Source of the DNA: Corallochytrium limacisporum Hawaii
Taxonomy: Eukaryota > Protista > Pluriformea
Length of the DNA stretch: 64,000 nucleotides
Direction of reading: 5' to 3'
Assembly: GCA_002811645.1 (NCBI GenBank)
Contig: PDIP01000108.1
Span: forward strand, 31,746-95,745
Shown here: in pieces, positions 12,619 to 22,980 of the stretch
Layout of the letters: each line of letters starts with the position of its first letter
Numbering within the stretch: the stretch's first letter is position 1
The notes under the pieces: generated by a model
Database searches by the model: none
Told to the model about the DNA's origin: nothing
The model's input: the letters and a program-made list of their open reading frames with translations, nothing else
Position numbers and translations under genes: made by a program

Positions 12619-12945
12619 ATGGATACAGCGGGCGAGAAGAAGGTTGAGGTGCTGTTGTCGCCGAACGACCCTCCGGAGACATGCGCCACATTTGTGATCT
12701 GGCACGAGGATCACACTCTGGGCAATGTGTTGCGTCACGTTATACTGAAAAATCCCAACGTTGAGTTTTGCGGTTACACTATGCCTCATCCAAGCGAGCC
12801 GAAACTGCATCTCCGCATCCAGACGAAACCTGACACCCAGACACCGACTGAGGCTCTGAACACGGGACTCGAGAACCTCATGCAGCTCACAGACCATGTG
12901 TCTCAGACCTTTGATGACGCATGGAAAGAGTTCAATGACGTATGA
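12619..12945 (+). CDS. POLR1D: RNA polymerase I/III shared subunit AC19 (RPAC2)
   Basis: EDHTLGNVLR...NPNVEFCGYTMPHPSE...LRIQT; ATG in GCCATGG context at 12619. Confidence 0.92.
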   Translation: MDTAGEKKVEVLLSPNDPPETCATFVIWHEDHTLGNVLRHVILKNPNVEFCGYTMPHPSEPKLHLRIQTKPDTQTPTEALNTGLENLMQLTDHVSQTFDDAWKEFNDV

Positions 12946-13120
12946 AGTCGATATTAGTCAAATGTAAAGAACACATCGCGTCCCTCAAAAGAGGGACGTA
13001 ATCTTAAAGAAACATCAATTGGGCAAAATGAATACCAAATATGACAGAATAGTATACGTCTACTATATCCTAGTTAATAGTTCCAAGGTTTATCATAAAA
13101 CGTCAGACATGTCCCCGCGG

Positions 13121-13675
13121 TCACGATCCTTGTTTCTTCTGATCCAACTGATTCGCAACCCAGTCGAGACCCTCCGTCAACCCTTCGCCAGTGAGTGCAC
13201 AGCAGCCTTGAATGTGCCACGGATGGTCTGTGATTGTAGTCAGGTTCAGCATCTGTGCAATGTCCGCGCTTTTCATTGCTCCTTTTAGATCCTGTTTATT
13301 CGCAAAGACCAGTAGTCCTGCCCGCTTGAGGTCGTCGTGGGCCAGCATATGGTACAACTCACTCTTTGCGATATGGATCCGTTCCCGGTCGTTCGAGTCG
13401 ATGACCACAATCACGAAGCGTGTCCCTGTAAAGTATGTGTTCCAAGAGGCACGCAGGGTCTCCTGCCCTCCAATGTCCCACATGACAAAGTTAATATTTT
13501 TATACTTTACCTCTTCGACGTTGCTGCCGATAGTGGGGGTGGTCATGACCACTTCGTGCATACAAATTTGGTAGAGAATGGTGGTCTTGCCCGCGTTATC
13601 TAGTCCGATAATAATGATCTTATGCTCTTCATGACTAAACAGTCGGTTCCATATTCTACTCATGAGAATACCCAT
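13121..13675 (-). CDS. ARL5: ADP-ribosylation factor-like GTPase 5
   Basis: MG start, [43 protein letters not shown]. Confidence 0.93.
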   Translation of the reverse strand: MGILMSRIWNRLFSHEEHKIIIIGLDNAGKTTILYQICMHEVVMTTPTIGSNVEEVKYKNINFVMWDIGGQETLRASWNTYFTGTRFVIVVIDSNDRERIHIAKSELYHMLAHDDLKRAGLLVFANKQDLKGAMKSADIAQMLNLTTITDHPWHIQGCCALTGEGLTEGLDWVANQLDQKKQGS

Positions 13676-14062
13676 GGTTGCTCTTTATGAATTATTCAAC
13701 ACAGTCTATCCCACAAAAAATTACCTTACCGCTGGAGTCAGGTTTAGCATGCCCATATTTCTAGCGACCTTTCTCTTCCGGGTCTGCTCCAGAAGACTTC
13801 GTCGTAACTTTCCTTGAAGTGATCTACACCGCTCGACGACAATGTTCTCGCTGTCACGCACATGTTACTGCTACTCTCTCAAGTACCCAGTTTTGATGAC
13901 ATTGGTGGCTTTTGTGCCGCCCGGTTTCCCTCAGCAGGGGTAAAAACATTCGCTGAGGAACCAAGCCCCGGGCGAGGAGGGGGGGAGGGGAAGGCGGGGA
14001 AGTTTGAACTCAGGGGCGAACCACAGCTGGTGTGTGTATATTACTCGTCGATTACTTCTGTG

Positions 14063-15769
14063 TTAGGATTTCTGTCCCTGTCTGCGCATCTTGCTGACCT
14101 TCTCTTTGCGCTTCTTAACATGTTTCGGGATCTTGTTAGCACGCTTTTCACGCTTGGCTTCCTTGACAAGGGCCTTGCGCTCTTTCTTGTCCATTGCTGC
14201 CAGCACATTTCCATCCATGTTGCGGGAGCCTGCTCCGTCATTTATTTCTCCATCTTCGTCACTCTCAGTGCCGTCTCCACTTTCGTCGTCTTCCTCGTCC
14301 CGGTCTTCGAACTCCACGTCGTCCTCGTCCTCTTCATCCTCCTCGTCGTCCTCTTCATCGTCGTCCGCAGCATGACGATCGACGCGGACATCTTCTGCGT
14401 TCAGATGCTCGAAGCTCACGGTCTTCGCAGTGGGCTTCATTGCACTGTTCTCTGTGACGTCTTTCAACCCCGTTAGTTTGTCGTAGTAGATGCCATCAGT
14501 GTTACCTTCCTTAATTTTTGCAATGTCCTTCTCGACGTCGACAACTTCGTGCAGTGATCGCGGAATGTACGCCTGTTTGAAGACGGCCTCCTCTGCTGCC
14601 TGGTCTGGCGTGAGATCTGCCGGTTGCTGATCGCCGGCCTGTTGCATGAGCATTTCCAAATGCCGCTCAACCTGGGCCTCTTCCTTGGGCAGCGTAATAT
14701 CTGTGATGAAATCAAAGGCTTGCTTCAATGCCATACACATGACACCCTGTCGTCTAAAGAAATCGGTAATGTTCACGATGTCGCGGCGCAAAAAGTCAAA
14801 GGCCTGCGGATGCTCATGCTCGACGGCCTGTCCGACGTCTATGATGTACGGTAGACCCTTGAACAGTAGAATATTATACTCGCTAAAGTCACCGTGGATA
14901 AGATGGGCTTCTTGGTACATTCTGCGAAGGGACAGGCAGATCTGACGGTAGAGTTCCGTTGCGGCCTCTGTATCGTGGAAGTTGACGTCTTTCAGACGCG
15001 GCGCTGCCCGTCCTTCTTTACCCAGGAAAGTCATCAACAGGACATGATTGCGCAGCTGCAGAGGCTCCGGACACGGTACCCCTGCTTTCTTCAGTCGCAT
15101 CAGGTTCCGCATTTCTTTTTCGGCCCACATCTTCACCATTTTGCGGGGATTGTGTCGTGAGTAACCTTTGCGGAACCGAAATTCGCCACTCACATAGCGG
15201 TCACGATCCTTAAAGACCAAGATGGACGTTTTGTAGACCTTAATTGCCCGGTCTGTACCGTCAGCCGTCATGGCATGATAGACATTCGCTTCCTTACCAG
15301 TGCTGATACAACCGTACAAACTCTCAAACTCACCACGCACAATCATTTTGAACAGGATCATCTTTGTGCGAGGGTCAAGAACTAATTCAACAGTTGCACG
15401 GTCACTCTTGTCCGTTGTGCGAACTCGGTTCTTCTCTTCCAAGCGCTCTGCCTTTGAAATCGCACCGCTGATCCGATCTCCGTACTTGCGTTCGAGTGCC
15501 GAATTCAGATCCTTCTTTGACATTCCAAGATCCTTATCACTACCACGGAATGTTCCTGCCCTAGCGTTGCTATTTGGCTCCGCTCCGGGTTGTACCGCCC
15601 TGTTGCTACCACCCTCCATGACTGCTGCCTCAATATCGTCCCAAGGGTCATCTCCGTCCTCGTCCTCATCGCTATAGTACAGTTCTCCGTACTGTTCTTC
15701 CGCAAACTGCTCCTCGTGAACGTGTCCCTGCTCCTTGTCATTGGAGTAAACTGCCTGAGAGTCGGTCAT
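14063..15769 (-). CDS. RIOK1: RIO1 atypical Ser/Thr kinase (40S maturation)
   Basis: DRATVELVLDPRT, ISTGKEANVY, HNPRKMVKMWAEKE, IHGDFSEYN, acidic stretch and KIPKHVKK tail. Confidence 0.95.
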   Translation of the reverse strand: MTDSQAVYSNDKEQGHVHEEQFAEEQYGELYYSDEDEDGDDPWDDIEAAVMEGGSNRAVQPGAEPNSNARAGTFRGSDKDLGMSKKDLNSALERKYGDRISGAISKAERLEEKNRVRTTDKSDRATVELVLDPRTKMILFKMIVRGEFESLYGCISTGKEANVYHAMTADGTDRAIKVYKTSILVFKDRDRYVSGEFRFRKGYSRHNPRKMVKMWAEKEMRNLMRLKKAGVPCPEPLQLRNHVLLMTFLGKEGRAAPRLKDVNFHDTEAATELYRQICLSLRRMYQEAHLIHGDFSEYNILLFKGLPYIIDVGQAVEHEHPQAFDFLRRDIVNITDFFRRQGVMCMALKQAFDFITDITLPKEEAQVERHLEMLMQQAGDQQPADLTPDQAAEEAVFKQAYIPRSLHEVVDVEKDIAKIKEGNTDGIYYDKLTGLKDVTENSAMKPTAKTVSFEHLNAEDVRVDRHAADDDEEDDEEDEEDEDDVEFEDRDEEDDESGDGTESDEDGEINDGAGSRNMDGNVLAAMDKKERKALVKEAKREKRANKIPKHVKKRKEKVSKMRRQGQKS

Positions 15770-15905
15770 GGTGTTCCACTTTGTGCTCCTTTGGGAATAA
15801 AATGTACTGTAATTATTGGAAACTTATCCTAAGCTAGAATCTATCTCTATTCTACATATTTCGTTTTTCTTTTTCTTTATCAGATCCTAGTTTAAGCAAT
15901 GGCTT

Positions 15906-15911
15906 CACGTG
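15906..15911. promoter_or_regulatory. Canonical E-box CACGTG upstream of RIO1
   Basis: Hexamer 137 bp upstream of the ATG; could be chance. Confidence 0.25.
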
Positions 15912-16261
15912 CTCACTTTCTTTACTTAGCGCAGAGGCGCTCTAACATATCGACGCATACATACGATCCTATTATCTACCTTTTCTCGCCTCTCCCATGC
16001 GCATGGCTCTTGGCACTCAATAGGCCCTGCAGGGCTGAGAAACCCGCCCCTTCCGCTTTGAGTGCAAATGGGGTCCGGAGCCCACCACACGCGGACGCGA
16101 AGACGTGGTGCGGGTTGGGTACGGCAGGACACACCCGCACTCGACCCAAAACCTCCCGGGCAGTCCTTCCCCTTTCCCCGCCCTCCCCCAAGGGGGGGGG
16201 AAGGGGGTTCAAGCGGGCGAAATGCAAGTACGTTCCCTCTAGTTTTGTCCCGTGACCCCAT

Positions 16262-18967
16262 TCAATGGTGCTTCGCAATGATGTCGCACAATATTTCCAT
16301 CGTTCGTTTTGGTAGAGACTTACGAACTATGGATTGCAAGACGGTGCGGACTTGCTCGTAGGTTGCACCTGACTGTGGAAGAGCCTTGGCCAGCTGCCAC
16401 CAGAAGTCAAAGTCCTGATGAAGTTCAGGACTGAGCAGATCGTTTTGGATATGTGCAATCTTTCTTGGCCAATCACGACCATCAATGCCCTCGTCTGTCA
16501 AAAGCTTATGCAAAGTGCGTACATAGAAGTGACTAGGGTCCCATTCCGGCAAGCTGTTATATCCTTGGGGATCTGCTGCGCGGCTGTACAGTTGCCAATG
16601 CGGTTCCTGAGCCGGTACCCAGTCTGGCAGGACGCAGTGCATCGCAGGCATGAACTCTGGGTAAAATGATTGGCCAATGTCCAGGTATGCATTTCCGCTC
16701 CCATACGCGCTCTCGACAATGACCAAATCCACTGCCTTAGCGGCAACAAGGCTGTTGACAATCTCTAAATAGATCCATTGATCAGGTTTCTTCGGGATTG
16801 TTTTCACATTGTCGTAGTAGTACTCGTTGATGATACCGGAAGCTTGCTTGGTCATGGAATCAATGGAATTATAGTCTCTCCTCAAAGCATACCAACTAGC
16901 TGATCCTTCATACTGCTTTGACGTGGGCGGAGCCAGCGCCTTGGCTACCTCATTGGCCAGGCCGATGATCGTGAACTTCTTTTTCTTCTCCCCACGAATA
17001 AAGTCCACTAACAAATCGTACACTCGATGCGCAAGGTCGTCAATGATTGGGCTAGGTACTTTTGCCACGTTTTGCGTGCTCAAGGCAATCCTGCGGCAGT
17101 TGTCACATGCCGTACAGAGTTTCATGTTATGCCCAAACAAGTCACCTGTTTGCTGCTGAAGCCAGTCCTCTGCCTTCACATTGAGCTCTGCTTTCGCTTC
17201 GACTACAGACTTCCCCCTTTCCTTGGCCTTCTGTAAAGCTTCCATAAGTGTCGGCATGTCTGCAAACAGAGATGAGTTGTACTGATACAAAACATCTGCT
17301 CGACCATCATCCAACACAGTGAATCCTTGCTCCCTTGCCAGGGCCACCCTGCGGCACTTCCATGTGTCTCTAGTCCAGCGCACCATCTTTAGGAATTGCT
17401 CGGTCGGATCAAGTCCATCACTACCTCGACGTGTACCCTCAACCATACCTGCAACGAGGGAGACATCTTTCGGCTCATACAGAACAGTGCAAACAGCAGG
17501 CAGATTGTCACGTCCTGCACGACCACTTTCTTGGTAGTATGAACTTAAGGTCTTTGGCATGGTCCGGTGAATAACAAACCGCACATTTGGTTTATCTATT
17601 CCCATGCCAAAGGCTGTTGTAGCCACAATGATAGAATCGTGAGAATCTCGCCAATACATATGATTCTCTTGCTTCGTACTGTCTTCTACCATGCTGTTGT
17701 ATACCGTCGCCCGTAGTCCACCATACTGTCTGAGATACTGCGCGCATTCCATTGTCTCATTTACAGTGCGGCAATAGATGATACCAGACATTTGTCGATA
17801 CCGTTGCTTGATGAGGGCAAGCACTACCGCATTCTTGTCAATGTCTACATTTGTTCCCAAACTATTTCGGATCCACTCAGCATTGCCAACACGGATAACC
17901 TCATATTCAAGGTTCTTGCGGTCGTACATCTTACGGAAAGTTAAACACCCATCCATGTGTAGAATGCGCTTGCAATCTTCTTCCACTGCCTTCCCAGCGG
18001 TTGCTGTAACAGCCAATATCGGTACTCCTGGATAGTCTACGCGGAGCCGAGCAAGACGAGAGTATGCCGGACGGAATGTGTGACCCCATTCACTGCAACA
18101 GTGCACCTCATCGATTGCCAGAAGCGCAAGCTGTCTCTGCTCGTTTAGGGTATGCAATATCTTCTTCACCGAGTCGCTGGTGGTGAGCAGTCGTTCTGGC
18201 GTCACAAAGAGAATCTCGAGACCACGGTACGATTTGGCCACTGTTAGAATTGATATCTCTTCTACATCATCGGTGAGATCGATTATGTCTTCCTTTCCAT
18301 CAGAACGCTCCTTGACATAGTCATCCTCTGCACCCGATTTTGCACGCTTCCTTTTTTTGGCCTTTCCTGTAGATCCGTCCATTACATCTTCATCTGCCAC
18401 AGGATTTGCCGCCATCCATCGCAACCGCTTCATTATCTCCCGACGGTGTGACGGGTCCGTATCAGCGTGGATCCCTGCCGCTGCAATGTCCAGCTCTTGA
18501 AGGTGGCCCACTTGGTCCATCATGAGGGAGACAAGAGGAGTGACGACCACAGTCAACCCCCGTCGATGTAAACTATCGTTCTTCGCAGTCCCATACCTGT
18601 CCCTGGTGCTCATTGCCACAGCAGGCAGTTGATACAACAGAGACTTGCCGAATCCGGTTGGCATAATAGCCAGAACATCTGATCCGTACAACACAGAGTT
18701 AATTACTTCCCGCTGAGGTTCCTTAAAGTAATGAATGCCAAACACGTCGGAAGCAAGCTGTAGAGTCCGTTGATCCCAGACTTGTGTGTCGCTGGGAATA
18801 AAGCTACTGTTGCACTCTTCCAGCTTTTGGAGCCACTCACTCTCTTCTTCTTCGAGGTCCGCATGCTGAGCCGTCAAATAGTTGATCTGGGCTTCGATTT
18901 TCTTTCGTTGCGCTTGTACAGCCTCCAGCTTCTTGCGGACGTATTCTCTTCGCCCGCTGTCTGCCAT
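16262..18967 (-). CDS. RecQ-family DNA helicase, RECQ1-like, with insertions
   Basis: MPTGFGKS, IDEVHCCSEWGH, VTATA, GIIYC, ATTAFGMGIDKPNVRFVIH, YYQESGRAGRD, Zn motif CRR...CTACDNC; N-terminal coiled coil. Confidence 0.92.
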   Translation of the reverse strand: MADSGRREYVRKKLEAVQAQRKKIEAQINYLTAQHADLEEEESEWLQKLEECNSSFIPSDTQVWDQRTLQLASDVFGIHYFKEPQREVINSVLYGSDVLAIMPTGFGKSLLYQLPAVAMSTRDRYGTAKNDSLHRRGLTVVVTPLVSLMMDQVGHLQELDIAAAGIHADTDPSHRREIMKRLRWMAANPVADEDVMDGSTGKAKKRKRAKSGAEDDYVKERSDGKEDIIDLTDDVEEISILTVAKSYRGLEILFVTPERLLTTSDSVKKILHTLNEQRQLALLAIDEVHCCSEWGHTFRPAYSRLARLRVDYPGVPILAVTATAGKAVEEDCKRILHMDGCLTFRKMYDRKNLEYEVIRVGNAEWIRNSLGTNVDIDKNAVVLALIKQRYRQMSGIIYCRTVNETMECAQYLRQYGGLRATVYNSMVEDSTKQENHMYWRDSHDSIIVATTAFGMGIDKPNVRFVIHRTMPKTLSSYYQESGRAGRDNLPAVCTVLYEPKDVSLVAGMVEGTRRGSDGLDPTEQFLKMVRWTRDTWKCRRVALAREQGFTVLDDGRADVLYQYNSSLFADMPTLMEALQKAKERGKSVVEAKAELNVKAEDWLQQQTGDLFGHNMKLCTACDNCRRIALSTQNVAKVPSPIIDDLAHRVYDLLVDFIRGEKKKKFTIIGLANEVAKALAPPTSKQYEGSASWYALRRDYNSIDSMTKQASGIINEYYYDNVKTIPKKPDQWIYLEIVNSLVAAKAVDLVIVESAYGSGNAYLDIGQSFYPEFMPAMHCVLPDWVPAQEPHWQLYSRAADPQGYNSLPEWDPSHFYVRTLHKLLTDEGIDGRDWPRKIAHIQNDLLSPELHQDFDFWWQLAKALPQSGATYEQVRTVLQSIVRKSLPKRTMEILCDIIAKHH

Positions 18968-19292
18968 GATCAGTGTCTACCAGAAGCATTGATAACAGAT
19001 TCACGCTTCAACGGCCCACCTACATTAAGTCATGTTTTACATATTCTCCTCTGCACATTTACTGCCCTGCGTGGAAATCTCTTTACCACATATACCCATA
19101 TCTGTGCTTTCAAATAGCCCAAGACCCACTGTTAACCAACTTTTGTGTCGAGACGGGGAGACCCACCCAGTGCATGGTCGCTCCGATGACACGGGGTTAG
19201 GGATAGGGAATCGAGACGAAACTGGGCGAAAGAGGGAACGATGAAAATAGACTCCCATTTTGGAAATGCCGTTTGCTTCGCTTCGCCTCGTT

Positions 19293-19306
19293 TTTCGCGC
19301 GCGAAA
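19293..19306. promoter_or_regulatory. Palindromic double E2F-type site in the RecQ/gamma-tubulin divergent promoter
   Basis: TTTCGCGCGCGAAA is a perfect 14-bp palindrome matching TTTSSCGC on both strands. Confidence 0.55.
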
Positions 19307-19694
19307 TGGCACGGTGGGTAAAACGGGGCGGAGCGCCCCATCGAAGGGCAACCCATCCGAACCGCGCCGAAAGGGAGGACCGCCCAGTCCGGACGGGTGT
19401 TGGGAGGCGGATTTGGTGCGTTAACTCCGGGGGTCCATGCTTCAACTCGCCTGGGTTCTGAAGTGAGATCGCCAGTTTGGCTTCGTTGCCCATAAGTAGG
19501 GTGAGATTGAATTGATGTGAAGGTAATCGGGACGATGCGTATTGAATGTCATGGCTGGTCAAGTGGAGATACTAAACAATCACTGGTCTAGTATCGGTAC
19601 ATTGATCAGTGCAAACTGGGAGTTTATGTGTGATTGAACTTTGCAGAAGGAACCAGAGACACTTCTGTATTATTTCTTCTTTGTGTCAGGAACC

Positions 19695-21179
19695 ATGCCG
19701 CGCGAAATTATCACTTTGCAGATGGGCCAATGTGGCAATCAGGTTGGTCTAGAGTTTTGGAAGCGCCTGTGCCTGGAGCACGGCATTTCTCCCAGCGGTA
19801 TGTTAGAGGATTTTGCCGTCACTGGTAGCAGTGCCGTAGCCAATACTGCAGCAGATCGTAAGGATGTGTTTTTTTACCAGGCTGATGATGACCACTACGT
19901 ACCTCGTGCCATTCTGGTCGATCTGGAACCCCGAGTGATTAATGCTATTCAGAACTCCCCGTACGCGAGACTGTACAACTCTGAGAACATTTTCACGTCG
20001 GAGTCGGGAGGTGGCGCCGGTAACATTTGGGCCAGTGGCTATGCTCAGGCTGACAAGGTCCACGAAGAGATTTTTGACATTATCGATCGTGAAGCGGAGA
20101 ACAGTGACAGTCTGGAAGGGTTCCAGCTCTGTCACGCGATTGCGGGTGGCACTGGTTCCGGTATGGGTTCCTACGTGCTTGAGCACCTGAACGACCGCTA
20201 TCCCAAGAAGCTGATTCAGACTTACAGTGTATTCCCCAATGCTAGCGAGACCAGTGATGTCGTTGTGCAACCATACAACTCAATTCTGACCCTGAAACGT
20301 CTAACTCTCCACGCCGACAGCGTGATCGTGCTCGACAACACCGCGCTGAACCGTATTGCGGTCGACCGCCTCGGAGTGCCCACACCCGATTTCACACAGA
20401 TCAACCAGATCGTGTCCACCGTCATGAGCGCCTCTACCACCACGCTGCGCTACCCGGGATACATGAACAATGATTTGGTTGGTCTCACAGCGTCCCTGAT
20501 TCCGACTCCGCGCCTGCATTTCCTGATGACGGGGTACACCCCGCTCAGCACGGACGCCTCCGGCCAATCCACGGTGCGTAAGACCTCGGTTCTCGATGTC
20601 ATGCGCCGTCTGCTGCAGCCCAAGAACTTGATGGTCAGCGTGCCCATGCGCAAGGGCTGTTACCTGTCCATCCTTAACATCATTCAGGGCGAAGTCGACC
20701 CCACGCAGGTGCACAAGTCCCTGCAGCGCATTCGCGAGCGTCGCCTAGCCAATTTCATTCCTTGGGGTCCGGCAAGTATTCAGGTTGCCCTCAGTCGCAA
20801 GAGCCCCTACGTTCACACCTCGCATCGAGTTAGCGGTCTCATGATTGCCAACCATACATCCATCTCGACGCTTTTCGAGCGCAGCTGCCGACAATACGAT
20901 AAGTTGCGCAAGCGTGAAGCCTTCCTGGATCAGTTCAAGCGCTTCGAGATGTTTGCGGATGACAACAACGAGCTTGATGACTCCCGTGATGTCGTCCAGC
21001 AGCTCATTGACGAGTACCGGGCTAGTGAGACGCCCGAGTATGCAACGTGGGGCATGGAAGGTCAGGAGCAGGTCGGTGCTCGCGGTCACGGTACTGACGC
21101 TAAGGCCAAGACGCCCACCGATGCCACCTCCGATTCCCGCATGCGCCAGCCTCTGCGTCCCAGTGGCTACAATATTTAA
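19695..21179 (+). CDS. TUBG1: Gamma-tubulin
   Basis: [71 protein letters not shown]; ATG at 19695. Confidence 0.97.
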   Translation: MPREIITLQMGQCGNQVGLEFWKRLCLEHGISPSGMLEDFAVTGSSAVANTAADRKDVFFYQADDDHYVPRAILVDLEPRVINAIQNSPYARLYNSENIFTSESGGGAGNIWASGYAQADKVHEEIFDIIDREAENSDSLEGFQLCHAIAGGTGSGMGSYVLEHLNDRYPKKLIQTYSVFPNASETSDVVVQPYNSILTLKRLTLHADSVIVLDNTALNRIAVDRLGVPTPDFTQINQIVSTVMSASTTTLRYPGYMNNDLVGLTASLIPTPRLHFLMTGYTPLSTDASGQSTVRKTSVLDVMRRLLQPKNLMVSVPMRKGCYLSILNIIQGEVDPTQVHKSLQRIRERRLANFIPWGPASIQVALSRKSPYVHTSHRVSGLMIANHTSISTLFERSCRQYDKLRKREAFLDQFKRFEMFADDNNELDDSRDVVQQLIDEYRASETPEYATWGMEGQEQVGARGHGTDAKAKTPTDATSDSRMRQPLRPSGYNI

Positions 21180-21398
21180 ATCAGGACCTGCAGAACACGA
21201 ACATCCGATTCATATGATTTTAACGTTTCCATCATACCTCATCAAACACGACACACAATCAATATACACTCGTACACTTTTCAGTATCCGCTGTCGGGAG
21301 GGGTGGACAGTATGTAGCGCCTCACCCGCCGTTCGTTTTTCGCGAAGCTGTGAACCGTGAAGCACCGTCATCGGCGAGCCACCCATCTCTTCTCCCCC

Positions 21399-21663
21399 NN
21401 NNNNNNNNNNNNNNNNNNNNNNNNNNNNNNNNNNNNNNNNNNNNNNNNNNNNNNNNNNNNNNNNNNNNNNNNNNNNNNNNNNNNNNNNNNNNNNNNNNNN
21501 NNNNNNNNNNNNNNNNNNNNNNNNNNNNNNNNNNNNNNNNNNNNNNNNNNNNNNNNNNNNNNNNNNNNNNNNNNNNNNNNNNNNNNNNNNNNNNNNNNNN
21601 NNNNNNNNNNNNNNNNNNNNNNNNNNNNNNNNNNNNNNNNNNNNNNNNNNNNNNNNNNNNNNN
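21399..21663. other. Assembly gap (N run)
   Basis: N run flanked by C-rich tracts. Confidence 0.99.
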
Positions 21664-21999
21664 CCCCCTCCCCCTCCCCTTCCTCCTCTCCTCCCCCCGG
21701 GGCGCGGAGCGAAGGAGGGGACTGGTACAATTGGTGTGTGGGGTTGGGCCCATCTGACTCACCCAGACGCGATTTTACGCAATTTTCCAAGTAACCAACG
21801 TTTTCTGCATCAATGCTTATGATTTGGTCGTTGGTCTTCTTTACTGATCGGCTATTTCATTGTTTATGAGACACACTTATAGTACGTCTGATGATGATGT
21901 ATGCTCCTTAAGATTTGTAGCAGCATTCTCAGTGGCCAAGGACTTGACAGCATGGCCGGTTGGTAGCCGATCAATTGTTTGTGGGAAGAAAATAAAAGC

Positions 22000-22980
22000 A
22001 TGCTCCCACCAGTGAGTCCGGAAACTGCCAAAGTTGCAGGTGCCGTGGCGAGAAGATTGGGACAATGGATCGCCCGTCAGGAAATGCGGGCCCCCGGAAA
22101 GCTTCTGGTCGTCTCGGGCGCAGGCTTGAGTACGGACTCCGGGCTTCCCGACTACAGATCGCCTGGACGTCCACCGCACAGGCCCATGACCATCCAGGAG
22201 TTTCTTGCCGATCCGGTGACGCGTCGTAGATACTGGGCACGTTCGATGCTGGCATGGGAGCGATTCAACCTGGCACAGCCCAACCACGGGCACCGGGCCC
22301 TGCAGGAGCTGGAGCTCCAGAACCTGAGTCTGACCCACGTCACTCAGAATGTCGATGGCATCCAGCAGAAGGCCGGGAGTGAGCGAGTAGTCGAGCTCCA
22401 CGGTAGTGTGAACAGGGCCTTCTGTCTGAATTGTAAGTCAGCGGTCGATCGGGAGGAGTTTCAGCGGCAGATGCTTCTGTATAACCCCGATTGGGCCACT
22501 GCTGAAGTTCTGGAGACTGCGCGCAGACCGGATGGGGACGTCGCTCTTGACCGTGACGACTTCCATGCCTTCTCCATTCCTGCATGTCCAAATTGCGAGG
22601 CGAGTGATGCAATTCAACCGGGAGTTGTCATGTTTGGTGCGGCCTTGGAACCCGGAATGACGGAACACACGAAGAGCCTGGTCGACGAGGCATCGTCTGT
22701 CTTGGTTGTTGGCTCTACCCTGACCGTCTACTCGGGCTACCGCATGATCAAACAGGCGGCCACGGACAATAAGCCCATCGCCATTGTCAACGTGGGCAAT
22801 ACCCGCGGAGACCACCACGCGGAATTGACGTTCCACTACAGCACCACAGAACTCCTTCCACTGGCCTTCAAGGATGCCTTGGAGGAGTTAGGACGGTCTG
22901 AGATGCCAGCATCGTCATCTTCATCTCAACGACCATCATCAGCTCCGCAACAGACCACTGTCTCTGCCTTGGGCGCATGA
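22000..22980 (+). CDS. SIRT4: Class II sirtuin, SIRT4-like
   Basis: SGAGLSTDSGLPDYRS, RRRYWARS, TQNVDG, ELHGS, CxxC...CxxC, RPDGDV, VGSTL.VYSGYR. Confidence 0.9.
   Translation: MLPPVSPETAKVAGAVARRLGQWIARQEMRAPGKLLVVSGAGLSTDSGLPDYRSPGRPPHRPMTIQEFLADPVTRRRYWARSMLAWERFNLAQPNHGHRALQELELQNLSLTHVTQNVDGIQQKAGSERVVELHGSVNRAFCLNCKSAVDREEFQRQMLLYNPDWATAEVLETARRPDGDVALDRDDFHAFSIPACPNCEASDAIQPGVVMFGAALEPGMTEHTKSLVDEASSVLVVGSTLTVYSGYRMIKQAATDNKPIAIVNVGNTRGDHHAELTFHYSTTELLPLAFKDALEELGRSEMPASSSSSQRPSSAPQQTTVSALGA

Noticed and set aside
13862-14476. 204-aa hydrophobic + strand ORF
   Set aside because: Antisense reading of the acidic/basic RIO1 tail, which produces spurious Val/Leu/Phe runs
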